Assembly: GCA_963755915.1 (NCBI GenBank)
Contig: CAVWLP010000003.1
Span: forward strand, 576,001-640,000
Direction: 5' to 3'
Length of the DNA: 64,000 nucleotides
Source: an uncultured Phycisphaerales bacterium
GTDB taxonomy: Bacteria; Planctomycetota; Phycisphaerae; Tepidisphaerales; Tepidisphaeraceae
The first letter of the stretch is position 1, and each line of letters begins with the position of its first letter. The position numbers and the translations under genes are program-made. Below the pieces are notes generated by a model that searched no databases, was not told the origin of the DNA, and saw nothing but the letters and a program-made list of their open reading frames with translations. This document shows positions 49,073 to 58,656 of the stretch, piece after piece.

Positions 49073-50173
49073 ATGAAAGCAAGAGCAAACAGCAGCGATC
49101 TTGCCCACATTGAAAACCTGGAAAAACGGGTTTTGTTTTCGACGTCGTTCCTGTCACAACTTACGCCCACGCCGACGGTTACAGGAAGCACGGTGCCTGC
49201 GAATGGGGATGCGAATCCGTATGGGGTGGCGTTTGTGCCGGGATATGCCGCGGGCGGGAAGCTGGTTGCGGGGGATGTGCTGGTTTCGAATTTCAACAGC
49301 GCGACGGCTGGGCAGGGAGCGGGGACGACGATTGTTGAGATCAATCCGAAGACGGGGGCGCAGAGTTTGTTCTTCCAAGGCCAAAGCGGATTGGGTTTGA
49401 CGACGGCGCTGGGGGTTTTGCCGGGAGGGTTTGTGCTGGTGGGGAATGTGGCGCAGAACCCGATGAATCCGTCGCTGCCGGAGGGGCATGGGTCGCTGCT
49501 GATTATCAATCGGTATGGGCAGGTGGTGAAGACGCTGGTGGATCCGAAATTGCTGGATGGGCCGTGGGATCTGACCGTCGTTAATAATGGGTTTATTCAG
49601 ACGGTGTTTATTTCGAACGTGCTCAACGGAACGGTATCACGGTTGGATTTTCTGGATGATCCATTTGGGTTTGGGACGGGGAATCAGCTTGTTCTGCTCG
49701 ACAAGACGCAGGTGGCATCCGGGTATCAATTCGGGCTGAATAGCGCGGCGTTCGTCGTGGGGCCAACGGGGTTGGCGTTCGATCAGTTTACCAACACGCT
49801 TTATGTGGCTTCGACTGAAGACAACGCGATTTATGCGGTGGGCGATGCGGAATTTTCGTTTCCGCATAGCGGGACGGGGAGACTGGTGTTCAGCAGTCCG
49901 CAGTTGCGCGGGCCGCTGGCGCTGGGATTTGCGCCCAATGGGGATTTGCTGACGGCGAATGGGGATGCGTTTAATGCGGATACGAGCACCGTGAACCCGC
50001 AGAACAGCGAGATCGTGGAGTTTACGCCGAGCGGGCATTATGTGACGGAGTTCCAGATCGACCCGGCGGCGGGCGGGGCGTTTGGATTTGCGCTGGAACA
50101 GGTGGGGAATCAAACCGTATTCGCGGCGGTGGATGATAATACGAACTCGCTGGATATCTGGTGGGTGAGCTAA
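49073..50173 (+). CDS. Secreted beta-propeller-like protein with planctomycete ExLExRxL signal
   Basis: IENLEKRVLFS, NGDANPYGVAFVP, LDGPWDL, VVGPTGLAF, PLALGFAPNGDLLTANGD. Confidence 0.7.
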   Translation: MKARANSSDLAHIENLEKRVLFSTSFLSQLTPTPTVTGSTVPANGDANPYGVAFVPGYAAGGKLVAGDVLVSNFNSATAGQGAGTTIVEINPKTGAQSLFFQGQSGLGLTTALGVLPGGFVLVGNVAQNPMNPSLPEGHGSLLIINRYGQVVKTLVDPKLLDGPWDLTVVNNGFIQTVFISNVLNGTVSRLDFLDDPFGFGTGNQLVLLDKTQVASGYQFGLNSAAFVVGPTGLAFDQFTNTLYVASTEDNAIYAVGDAEFSFPHSGTGRLVFSSPQLRGPLALGFAPNGDLLTANGDAFNADTSTVNPQNSEIVEFTPSGHYVTEFQIDPAAGGAFGFALEQVGNQTVFAAVDDNTNSLDIWWVS

Positions 50174-50182
50174 AGCTGGAGG

Positions 50183-50826
50183 TTACTGCAACAGGTAAAC
50201 CTGCACGATGCCGGGGCCGTGGACGCCGGTGACGAGGGCGCCTTCGATGTCGGCGGTTTTGCTCGGACCGGTGATGAGGGTGATGGCGGGGTGATCTTCC
50301 CGGATTTTTTCGAAAAGGTCGATCAGGTCGGGGAGGATGTTGGAGGGTTCGACGATGGCGATGTGCATGGGGGGGACGAGGGAGATGGCGCGGCCGTGGG
50401 TCGGGCTGGGGCGGATGGCAAGGGAGCCGGTTTCGGCGACGGCGGCGAAGACGTCGGTGATGCCGCAGTCGAGGTCGTAGGCGGCGTCGAGGGTGGATTG
50501 ATCCCAGAAATGGATGGTGTTGCCAGCGTCTCGCAGGGCCTGGGGGATTCCGAGGCGATCGAAAAGCGGGGAATTGGGGAGGCCGATATTTTTGCACTGG
50601 TTGAGGCGCAGAAATTCGATCAGATTGGGGCAGATTTCGGATTGGGGGATTTTTCGAGGCGGAAATTGGCGGCGACGGCCGACTTGGCGAAGAGTTCGAC
50701 GAGGTCGGCGTCTTTGGGAACCAGACGCGCGACGGAATCGGGGATGGAAGGGGGAGTTGGAGGAGAGGTGAGCGGGGTGGTGCGGCCGAGGGCGCGACGG
50801 ACGAGTTCGATCAACGAGTCGCTCAT
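50183..50826 (-). CDS. lutC: Lactate utilization protein C (LUD domain; frameshifted)
   Basis: GITDVFAAVAETGS, SLVPPMHIA, LITGPSKTADIEGALVTGVHGP. Confidence 0.8.
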
Positions 50827-50834
50827 TTCGATTC

Positions 50835-52571
50835 CTAATGGGAGCTCACCGCCGCGAGGGCGGCGGGAGTGCAGGCGTAGAGAGTTCGATTCTGGTCCAG
50901 GTCCACGTATACCACGGGTAAATTCAACGAAGCCGGGGTGAGAAGGTAAGGGAGGGCGCCGGATTGTGCCAGTTGGGAGGCGAGGGATTGCCAGTTGGTT
51001 TGGGTGGCGGGGTAGGAGGAGCGGTCGGTATAGAATTCGACGACCTTGTTTTCGAGGCGCTGGTGCTCGTCGACGAGGAAGGCGGCGTTTTCGGGGAGTT
51101 TTGCCGAGAATTCGGCGAGGTGGGGAAAGCCCGGGGATTGGGCGTTGATGGAGGTGACGTCGAAGGCGACGACGGCGTAGCCCCGGGGTTTGTGGGAGAT
51201 TGCGAAATTCAGGGTGAGGAAGATTGTGGCGAGGGAAGAAAGACCCACGGCGGCGCCGTGGGCGTTCCGGGAAAGGTTTACCTTGCTCAGTGCGACGCCG
51301 GCAGCGAGGGCGATGGCGGCTTGGGCGAGGACCCAGAGGTGCTCGCGCATGACGTAGGCGAAGGGGAGGTCGGTGCGGCCCCAGTTTTCGCCGCCAGTGG
51401 GGATGGATTTTTCGGTGAGGAAGATGGCGGCGAGGAGCATGGAGGTGAGCCAGGCGGCGAGGGAGACGGCGTCGCGGCGGAGGGCGCGGGAGATGAGGTC
51501 GGCGAAGATGAGCCAGAGGGGGGGCCAGCCGATGAGGGTGGCGCACATGGGTTTGGAGGTGGCGAGGAGGTTGGGGGTGATGACGCCGACGGCCCAGGCG
51601 AGGAGGAGGATTTGCTCGAAGCGTTTTTCACGCCGGGTGTGGTATAGGAAGATGATGACCGAGGCGAGGATGGCGGGATAGAAGACGTGGAAGATGCTGA
51701 TCCAGTAGTAGAAGACGACCTGGTCCCAAGGAGCGGCCCAGTTTTCGACATTTTCGTTCAGGTGCTGGAGGATCTGGAGGTTTTCGTGGGCGAATTCGTG
51801 GGGGAAGCGGATGGCAGTGTAGAGGAGCCAGGGGAGGAGGGTTAGTGCGGTTGAAATCAAAAGCGTTGCGATTTTTTTTGGGCCGAGTTTTCGCCAAGCG
51901 ACCAGTGCGAGGAGGGTGACGATGAGGGCGGGGTAGGTTTTGGAGAGGAAGGCTAATCCCTGGGTGATACCGCAAATAACGATATTAATCTTCGAATGTT
52001 TTTGTAGGCCCTCACCCCTGCCCTCTCCCAGAGTACTGGGAGAGGGGGAAAGAGGGGCTAAGGCGAGAATCAGGAAATAGATAGAGAGTTCGGTCCAGAA
52101 GAGGAGGGAGATGTCGACGTGGTCGGAGAAGACGTAGCCTTGGACCAGCATCAGGATTACAGGGTTGAAGGCCTGGAGAGCGGTGGCGATGAGGGCGGCG
52201 GGACGATCCAACAGGCGGACGCCTATCAGGTAGGTGAGCCAGCAAGCTAACGTCGAGAGGATCGCGGAGGGGAGGCGGAGGGAGAGAGTGGTTACGCCGA
52301 CGATGGAATCGAAGAGGGCGATTTGCCACATGGCCAGGGGGGGTTTGTGGAGCCAGATGTGGTTGGAGGTCCAGTCGTTGGGGTTGTAGGGGAGATAAGG
52401 GTGGTCGACCAGGGTGGGGGTGAAGGGGTGTTTGAGGAAATTTCTTGCGACGATGGCGTGGAAGACTTCGTCGAGAGGTTTGATGGCGGGATGGTCGAGA
52501 TGACGGAGCTTCAGCGCGAAGGAGGCGGCGAGGATAACGAGCAGAAGCGAGCCGGAAGTGCGCCGACTCAC
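50835..52571 (-). CDS. ArnT/PMT-like (GT39-type) membrane glycosyltransferase
   Basis: DEVFHAIVARN, WLHKPPL..WQIA, SLRLPSA, GLAFLSKTYP, multiple TM segments. Confidence 0.8.
   Translation of the reverse strand: MSRRTSGSLLLVILAASFALKLRHLDHPAIKPLDEVFHAIVARNFLKHPFTPTLVDHPYLPYNPNDWTSNHIWLHKPPLAMWQIALFDSIVGVTTLSLRLPSAILSTLACWLTYLIGVRLLDRPAALIATALQAFNPVILMLVQGYVFSDHVDISLLFWTELSIYFLILALAPLSPSPSTLGEGRGEGLQKHSKINIVICGITQGLAFLSKTYPALIVTLLALVAWRKLGPKKIATLLISTALTLLPWLLYTAIRFPHEFAHENLQILQHLNENVENWAAPWDQVVFYYWISIFHVFYPAILASVIIFLYHTRREKRFEQILLLAWAVGVITPNLLATSKPMCATLIGWPPLWLIFADLISRALRRDAVSLAAWLTSMLLAAIFLTEKSIPTGGENWGRTDLPFAYVMREHLWVLAQAAIALAAGVALSKVNLSRNAHGAAVGLSSLATIFLTLNFAISHKPRGYAVVAFDVTSINAQSPGFPHLAEFSAKLPENAAFLVDEHQRLENKVVEFYTDRSSYPATQTNWQSLASQLAQSGALPYLLTPASLNLPVVYVDLDQNRTLYACTPAALAAVSSH
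52006..52057 (+). repeat. REP-C hairpin inserted in-frame in the glycosyltransferase
   Basis: AGGCCCTCACCCCTGCCCTCTCCCAGAGTACTGGGAGAGGGGGAAAGAGGGG; encodes PLSPSPSTLGEGRGEGL on the - strand. Confidence 0.9.
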
Positions 52572-53980
52572 GAGCGGTCCCTCCAGAGCTGGTGAAAGGT
52601 TCGCCTGGCGGGGGCGGGCATGTCGCGGACCTGGGTCCAGCCGGAGACGAACATGGGAAGGGAGCGAATCCAGCCGGTTTTGTGGGCGCGGCGGCGGAGA
52701 TCGAATTTCTGGAAGGCGCTGACGAGGCGGTAGACGAGGGGGCTTTTCATCCCCCAGGCCCAGGTTTTGTAGATGAAGCGCTCGAAGGGGGAATTGAGGT
52801 GCTGGTTGTTGATGTCGCGGCGAAGATTGATCAGGTGTTTGGGGATGTTGATTTTGACGGGGCAGGCTTCGTAGCAGGCGCCGCAGAGGCTGCTGGCCTG
52901 GGGGAGATCTTTGAATTTTTCGAGGCCCTGGAAGAGCGGGGTGATTAGGGCACCAATGGGGCCGGGGTAGACGCTGCCGTAGGCGTGGCCGCCGATTTTT
53001 CGGTAGATGGGGCAGGCGTTGAGGCAGGCGCCGCAGCGGATGCAGCGGAGGGTTTCGCGATACTCCGGGTTGGCGAGAATTTCGGTGCGGCCGTTGTTGA
53101 GAAGGACGAGGTGGAATTCCTCGGGGCCGTCTTTTTCGCCGGGGGTGCGGGGGGAGCCGAAGATGCTGGTGTAGACGGTCATGACCTGGCCGGTGGAGCT
53201 GCGGGCGAGGAGCTTGAGCATGACGGCGAGATCGGAAAGGCGGGGGATGAGTTTTTCGATGCCGACGAGGGAAACGAGGACGCGCGGGGTGGTGATAGAT
53301 TGGCGGGCGTTGCCCTCATTTTCGACGACGCAGACCTGGCCGGTCTCGGCGACGAGGAAGTTGCCGCCGGTAATGCCAAGGTCGGCACGGCGGAATTTTT
53401 CGCGGAGGAATACGCGGGCCTGGGCGGTGAGGGTGGGCGGGTCCTCGTCGTAGGGGGTTTTGAAATATTCGCTGAAGAGCTTGGCGATGGAGGCGCGGTC
53501 TTTATGGATGATGGGGGCAACGAGATGGCTGGGCTTGTCGTGGCTGATCTGGATGATGAATTCACCGAGATCGGTTTCGACGAGATCGAGGCCGGTTGAT
53601 TCGAGGAAATGGGCGAGCTCGATTTCCTCGCTGGCCATGGATTTGCTTTTGATGACGCGTGTGCAGCCGGCCTTTTTGGCGATATCGGCGATGATTCTTT
53701 TGGCGTCATCGCCGGTGTTGGCGAAGTGGACGTGGCCGCCATTTTTCTGGACGGCGGACTGGAGCTGCTGGAGGTAGAAGTCGAGGTTGTCGAGGGTGTG
53801 CTGCTTGATGTCGCCGGCGAGGGAGCGGAGGGCGTCGGCGTTGGGAAGCTCGGCCATGCGGCTTTGGCGGCCGGTGTATTGGCGAAGGGTGTTGGCGCTG
53901 ACGGCGTTTTTGAGGCGCTGATTCTGGGCGGCGCCGACGCTGAGGGCGTGGAAGTCGAAACCTTCGGCGGTCAAAGGCAT
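52568..53980 (-). CDS. lutB: Lactate utilization Fe-S protein LutB/LldF
   Basis: KSKSMASEEI, ETDLGEFIIQ, PSHLVAP, ENEGNA, CIRCGACLNACP, SSLCGACYEACPVKI. Confidence 0.92.
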   Translation of the reverse strand: MPLTAEGFDFHALSVGAAQNQRLKNAVSANTLRQYTGRQSRMAELPNADALRSLAGDIKQHTLDNLDFYLQQLQSAVQKNGGHVHFANTGDDAKRIIADIAKKAGCTRVIKSKSMASEEIELAHFLESTGLDLVETDLGEFIIQISHDKPSHLVAPIIHKDRASIAKLFSEYFKTPYDEDPPTLTAQARVFLREKFRRADLGITGGNFLVAETGQVCVVENEGNARQSITTPRVLVSLVGIEKLIPRLSDLAVMLKLLARSSTGQVMTVYTSIFGSPRTPGEKDGPEEFHLVLLNNGRTEILANPEYRETLRCIRCGACLNACPIYRKIGGHAYGSVYPGPIGALITPLFQGLEKFKDLPQASSLCGACYEACPVKINIPKHLINLRRDINNQHLNSPFERFIYKTWAWGMKSPLVYRLVSAFQKFDLRRRAHKTGWIRSLPMFVSGWTQVRDMPAPARRTFHQLWRDRS

Positions 53981-54019
53981 CGGGGGATTGTATCCAGGGA
54001 AAGGAGCGATGCCATGTCG

Positions 54020-54769
54020 TTACCACCGATCGGTGGGAATCTTCATAGCTTCTGCCATGAGTTCGGCGATGTGTTTAACGCCCGCCGGAACATTATGGCG
54101 GTGGCACATGCCGGAAATGTTCATGGTGCAGCCGGCGTCGTTGCAGATGACGGTTTTTGCGCCGGTGGCGGCGATGCAGTTGATCTTGTCTTCAACGATG
54201 GCGCCGCTGATGGCGGGGTATTTGATGGCGAAGGTTCCACCGAAGCCGCAGCATTGATCTGTCTTTTCGAGGGGCTTGAACTGGACGTTGCCGATTTGTT
54301 TGAGGAGGCGAGCGCCTTCGTCTTTGACGCCGATGCCGCGGAGATGGCAGGTAAAGTGATAGGTGATTTCGCGTGGGTCGGGGAGGGAGAACTGGTGGAA
54401 ATCGACCTTGAGGATTTTGTCGAGAAATTCGACGAATTCGTAGGTTTTGGAGCGGAGCTGCTCCATGGGGGCATTCCACTGAGGGTCGCCGTGAAAAAGT
54501 TCGTGATATTGCTCGCGGACCATGGCGCAGCATGAGCCGGAGGGGGTGACGACGTAGGGGTAGGGCTGGAAAATTTCGATCATGCGTTTGGCGAGCTGGG
54601 CAGCCTGGGGTTGGAAGCCGTTGTTGAAAAAGGGCTGGCCGCAGCAGGTTTGCGCCGGGGGGAACTCGACGTCGCAGCCGAAGTGCTGGAGGATTTTGGT
54701 CACGGCGACGCCGACGTGGGGATAGAACTGATCGGTGAGGCAGGTGATGAAGAGGGCGACCTTGGGCAT
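54020..54769 (-). CDS. lutA: Lactate utilization protein A (CCG domains)
   Basis: LFITCLTD, QTCCGQP, PSGSC, YHFTCH, CCGFGGTF, DAGC. Confidence 0.92.
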   Translation of the reverse strand: MPKVALFITCLTDQFYPHVGVAVTKILQHFGCDVEFPPAQTCCGQPFFNNGFQPQAAQLAKRMIEIFQPYPYVVTPSGSCCAMVREQYHELFHGDPQWNAPMEQLRSKTYEFVEFLDKILKVDFHQFSLPDPREITYHFTCHLRGIGVKDEGARLLKQIGNVQFKPLEKTDQCCGFGGTFAIKYPAISGAIVEDKINCIAATGAKTVICNDAGCTMNISGMCHRHNVPAGVKHIAELMAEAMKIPTDRW

Positions 54770-54802
54770 CCGGAGTGATGATAGGGGAAGAGGGGATGCA
54801 AG

Positions 54803-54836
54803 AAAACGCCCCCGGCTTTTTGAAGGCCGGGGGCGG
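54803..54836 (-). terminator. Rho-independent terminator after flagellin 1
   Basis: CGCCCCCGGC-loop-GCCGGGGGCG followed by TTTT on the - strand. Confidence 0.8.
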
Positions 54837-54886
54837 TTGTGGTGATCGCGAAAAAGGGTAACGAGCGAGAACTAAAGCTGCCCGCG

Positions 54887-56296
54887 CTACGTGTTCTGGA
54901 GCAACGACAGCACCTGGTCGGGTTGCTGGTTTGCCTGGGAAAGAACAGTGGTAGCTGCCTGCGAAAGGATCTGATCGCGAGTCAGGTTCGAGGTTTCGGA
55001 AGCGAAGTTGGTATCCATGATGGCGGACTCCGCGGCCGAGACGTTCTCGTAGGCGACGCCAAGGCTGCTCACCGTCGAACCGATGGTGAAGGTTTCAAAG
55101 GCGCCAAGACGGCCTCGCAAGCTGCTGACCTGGGTAATCGCGCTGTTGAGAATGTTCTGCGCGGTCGAGAGGTTGTCGCTGGAGAGGTCGTTGGCGCCAC
55201 CGCTGCCGATGGAGCTGAGATATCCGTTGAAGGAGTCTCCCAGATCGCCGGTGGAGACGGACTGGATGCCGATGGAGGCCTGGTTGGTGGCGTTGACCTG
55301 CGATCCTAACTGGAAGTTAGCCCCCCCACCGGTGACGTAGAAGGTGGTTGAGTTGGGCTTGTCGAAATTGGCCGCGATGTTGAGGCTGACGTCGAGGCCG
55401 GCATCGCGGTAGCTGACGGCAAGCCCTGACACCTCAGCGGCGGCGCCGTTGATGGTGACATTGGCGTCGGTACCCGTACTCTTGGTGGCACTGAAGGCGC
55501 TCTTGAGCGTACCTGAGATCACCTGGATGGTGGCAAACTGCGCCGAGCCGTACTGGGTGGAATTGACGCGGAGGTCGCCACCGCTGACCTGGGCCGAGAG
55601 CCCGGTCGAGGCCTTGACACCATTGATGGAGGTGGCGATGGAGCTGACGGTAGTTCCCGAGGCGAAGGAGAGCTGGGTGCTGCCCAGGTTGCCGGCGATC
55701 TGGAGGGTGACGGTGTTCCCGCTAATGTTTCCACCGGCGTAGGTCAGGACGGCGGTTTTCGCGGAGGAGACCACCTGGACGGCGACGCCAACCGTGCCGC
55801 CACCGGGGACCAGGGCGCTGTTGATCTGGAGGTTGCTGACAGCCGAACCGACGCTGCTAGTGGTGTAGGCGAAGTTTCCGTTCAGCAACTGGAGCCCCTC
55901 GAAGGTGGTTCCCTGCGAGATGCGGTTGATGGTGGAGAGAATGGAGTCGACCTGAAGCTGATCAGCCGCGGTTTCGCTGGCGCTGAGCCCACCGGTGTTG
56001 GCGGCCTGGCCGATCAGACCCTGCAACTGGGTGAGCAGCGAGCTGACCTCATTGAGGCCGCCTTCGGCGGTCCCGATGACGTTGCCGGCGAGGCTGGCGT
56101 TGTTGATTGCGGTGTTGATGCCTGTCTGTTCCTGCTGGAGGCTCAGACCGGCGATGAGTCCAGCGGGGTTGTCGGCGCCGCTGTTGATCTGCAAGCCGGT
56201 GCTGAGGCGCTGCAGGGCGGTGTTGAGGTTCGAGTTGTTTTGTGACAGCGAGCGCTGTGCGATCAGCGAGTTGACGTTTGTGTTAATGACGCTCAT
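54887..56296 (-). CDS. fliC: Flagellin 1
   Basis: INTNVNSL, LQRLSTGLQINSGADNPAGL, RGRLGA, DTNFASETSNLTRDQILSQA, VLSLLQ. Confidence 0.95.
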   Translation of the reverse strand: MSVINTNVNSLIAQRSLSQNNSNLNTALQRLSTGLQINSGADNPAGLIAGLSLQQEQTGINTAINNASLAGNVIGTAEGGLNEVSSLLTQLQGLIGQAANTGGLSASETAADQLQVDSILSTINRISQGTTFEGLQLLNGNFAYTTSSVGSAVSNLQINSALVPGGGTVGVAVQVVSSAKTAVLTYAGGNISGNTVTLQIAGNLGSTQLSFASGTTVSSIATSINGVKASTGLSAQVSGGDLRVNSTQYGSAQFATIQVISGTLKSAFSATKSTGTDANVTINGAAAEVSGLAVSYRDAGLDVSLNIAANFDKPNSTTFYVTGGGANFQLGSQVNATNQASIGIQSVSTGDLGDSFNGYLSSIGSGGANDLSSDNLSTAQNILNSAITQVSSLRGRLGAFETFTIGSTVSSLGVAYENVSAAESAIMDTNFASETSNLTRDQILSQAATTVLSQANQQPDQVLSLLQNT

Positions 56297-56300
56297 GGAA

Positions 56301-56350
56301 GTCTCTCCGTGACAGTTCTAAATCGTGGAGCAGGATTCGCATCCTTGCGA
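56301..56350 (-). promoter_or_regulatory. CsrA-type GGA hairpins in the flagellin 1 leader
   Basis: TCGC-AAGGAT-GCGA (56337-56350) and GTC-ACGGAGA-GAC (56301-56313), the latter overlapping the SD. Confidence 0.7.
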
Positions 56351-56570
56351 GCCACGCGTCGCCGAATTCTTTTGGCGACAGCCAATGTGACTTTCCCGTA
56401 TATCGCCGGCGATCGAGGGGGGATTCGCCGGGTGCCGATCCGTGGCTGTATGTGTCTTGAAGGTCATGGTCCCGGCAGGGTTGTCATGTTTCGCTCCTTT
56501 CTCACGAATACCGAAGCCGGCGAGTTTCGTCGATCGCGCCGCGGCGAAGGGCGCCGAATCATGGGACCAA

Positions 56571-56601
56571 TCATCGACGCGTGGCTTGAACAATCTTTTA
56601 G
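56571..56601 (-). promoter_or_regulatory. Sigma28 (FliA)-like promoter
   Basis: CTAAAAG-N16-GTCGATGA. Confidence 0.5.
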
Positions 56602-56750
56602 TTTCTGCGGACCTGCGAACCGGGCATGGTTATAGGGCACTGCGGTTTGTGCGCGTGTGAAAGGCGGGGGCAGGGGCTAAATCCAGGGAAATCGGCAGGA
56701 GTTGGGAGTCGGGCGGTTATTTATTGGACCCCGGGGGATGGGAGGGAGGC

Positions 56751-56782
56751 AAAAAAAATCCCCCGGTCAGATGACCGGGGGA
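56751..56782 (-). terminator. Rho-independent terminator after flagellin 2
   Basis: TCCCCCGGTCA-TC-TGACCGGGGGA followed by a T8 run on the - strand. Confidence 0.85.
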
Positions 56783-56834
56783 AGGACTTGCAGGAGTAGG
56801 TTCCGTGGCTCCGCCGCGGGAACTGCCTGAATCA

Positions 56835-58244
56835 TCAGGCATTCTGAAGCAGCGAGAGAACCTGCTGAGGCTGGGCGTTGGCCTGTGAGAGCACAGTCGT
56901 CGCTGCCTGGGACAGGATCTGATCGCGGGTCAGATTCGAAGTTTCGGACGCGAAGTTGGTGTCCATGATGGCGGACTCCGCGGACGAGACGTTTTCATAG
57001 GCGACGCCAAGGCTGCTCACCGTCGAACCGATGGTGAAGGTCTGGAACGCGCCGAGACGGCCTCGCAAGCTGCTGACCTGGGTGATCGCGCTGTTGAGAA
57101 TGTTCTGCGCGGTCGAGAGGTTGTCGCTGGAGAGGTCGTTGGCACCGCCGCTGCCGATGGAGCTGAGATATCCGTTGAAGGAGTCTCCCAGGTCGCCGGT
57201 GGAGACGGACTGGATGCCGATGGAAGCGTTGTTGTCCTGATTGACCTGGGAACCCAGGGCAAAGGTTGCGCCGCCACCCGTGACGTAGAAGGTGGAGGAA
57301 TTGGGCTTGTCGAAGTTGGTGGCGATATTGAGGCTGACGTCGAGGTCGGCGTTGCGGTAGCTGACGGCAAGCCCTGACACTTCAGCGGAAGCGCCGTTGA
57401 TGGTGACGTTGGCATCGGTGCCGGTGCTCTTGGTGGCGCTGAAGGCGCTCTTGAGCGTGCCGGAGATCACCTGGACGGTGGCGAACTGCGCCGAGCCGTA
57501 CTGAGTGGAATTGATGCGGAGGTCGGTACCGCTGACCTGGGCGGAGAGTCCCGTGGAGGCCTTGACGCCGTTGATGGCGGTGGCGATGGAGCTGACGCTG
57601 GTACCGGAAGCAAACGAGAGCTGGGTACTGCCGAGGTTTCCGGCGACCTGGAGGGTGACGGTGTTTCCGCTGATGGCTCCGCCGGTATAGGTGAGGACTG
57701 CGGTCTTGGCGGAGGAAACGACCTGTACGGCGACGCCAACGGTGCCGCCGTCGGGGACCAGGGCGCTGTTGATCTGAAGGTTGCTGACCGCGGACCCAAC
57801 GCCACTGGTGGTGTAGGCGAGGTTGCCATTGAGCAACTGCGTTCCCTCGAACGTCGTGCTGTTTGAGATGCGGTTGATGGTGGAAAGGATGGAGTCCACC
57901 TGGAGCTGGTCAGCGGCGGTTTCGCTGGAGCTGAGGCCGCCGGTGTTGGCCGCCTGACCCACCAGACCCTGAAGCTGGGTGAGCAGCGAGCTGACTTCGT
58001 TCAAACCACCTTCGGCGGTTCCGATAACATTGCCGGCCAGGCTGGCATTGTTGATAGCGGTCTGGATGCCGGTTTGCTCCTGCTGGAGGCTCAGACCGGC
58101 GATCAGGCCGGCCGGATTATCGGCACCACTGTTGATCTGCAAACCTGTGCTGAGCCGCTCGAGGGCGGTATTCAGGTTTGTGTTGTTCTGCGACAACGAT
58201 CGCTGAGCAATCAGCGAGTTGACGTTGGTATTAATGACGCTCAT
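56835..58244 (-). CDS. fliC: Flagellin 2 (close paralog of flagellin 1)
   Basis: Same length (469 aa) and motifs as flagellin 1. Confidence 0.95.
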   Translation of the reverse strand: MSVINTNVNSLIAQRSLSQNNTNLNTALERLSTGLQINSGADNPAGLIAGLSLQQEQTGIQTAINNASLAGNVIGTAEGGLNEVSSLLTQLQGLVGQAANTGGLSSSETAADQLQVDSILSTINRISNSTTFEGTQLLNGNLAYTTSGVGSAVSNLQINSALVPDGGTVGVAVQVVSSAKTAVLTYTGGAISGNTVTLQVAGNLGSTQLSFASGTSVSSIATAINGVKASTGLSAQVSGTDLRINSTQYGSAQFATVQVISGTLKSAFSATKSTGTDANVTINGASAEVSGLAVSYRNADLDVSLNIATNFDKPNSSTFYVTGGGATFALGSQVNQDNNASIGIQSVSTGDLGDSFNGYLSSIGSGGANDLSSDNLSTAQNILNSAITQVSSLRGRLGAFQTFTIGSTVSSLGVAYENVSSAESAIMDTNFASETSNLTRDQILSQAATTVLSQANAQPQQVLSLLQNA

Positions 58245-58442
58245 AGCGGTCTCTCCGTGACTGAAACCCGATCCCTGAAATAATTTCGCGGCAGGTCAGG
58301 GTTTTCCCGCCGAAGCCAACAGGCCTGCGTCTCCGCTTACGCAAACGAAAACGCCCACAGTTCCGGACAACGTCCTTCCTGCAAGTCAGTCGTGGCGCGG
58401 CGAGAAAAGTGGAGTGATCCAACTCCGCCCGACATAGGCGGC

Positions 58443-58472
58443 GTATCGACGGAGATTCAAAAGGCACTTTAG
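58443..58472 (-). promoter_or_regulatory. Sigma28 (FliA)-like promoter
   Basis: CTAAAG-N16-GTCGATAC. SD hairpin GTCACGGAGAGAC at 58249-58261 is identical to that of flagellin 1. Confidence 0.6.
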
Positions 58473-58656
58473 TTGGATTGGTTAAAGTTTTCCGGAATTC
58501 AGGGCAAGGAGGGAGGCGGCGCGGTCAATGCGCCGCGGGCGAAGATTATGTGACGTGATGGGGCGATAACGGCGCGGAGCGGGCGCAGCAGGAAATGGGA
58601 CTCAGGCGAAAATCGCGCCGCCGCAGGAATTTGCTCACACTACCGCGGCGTCAGGA

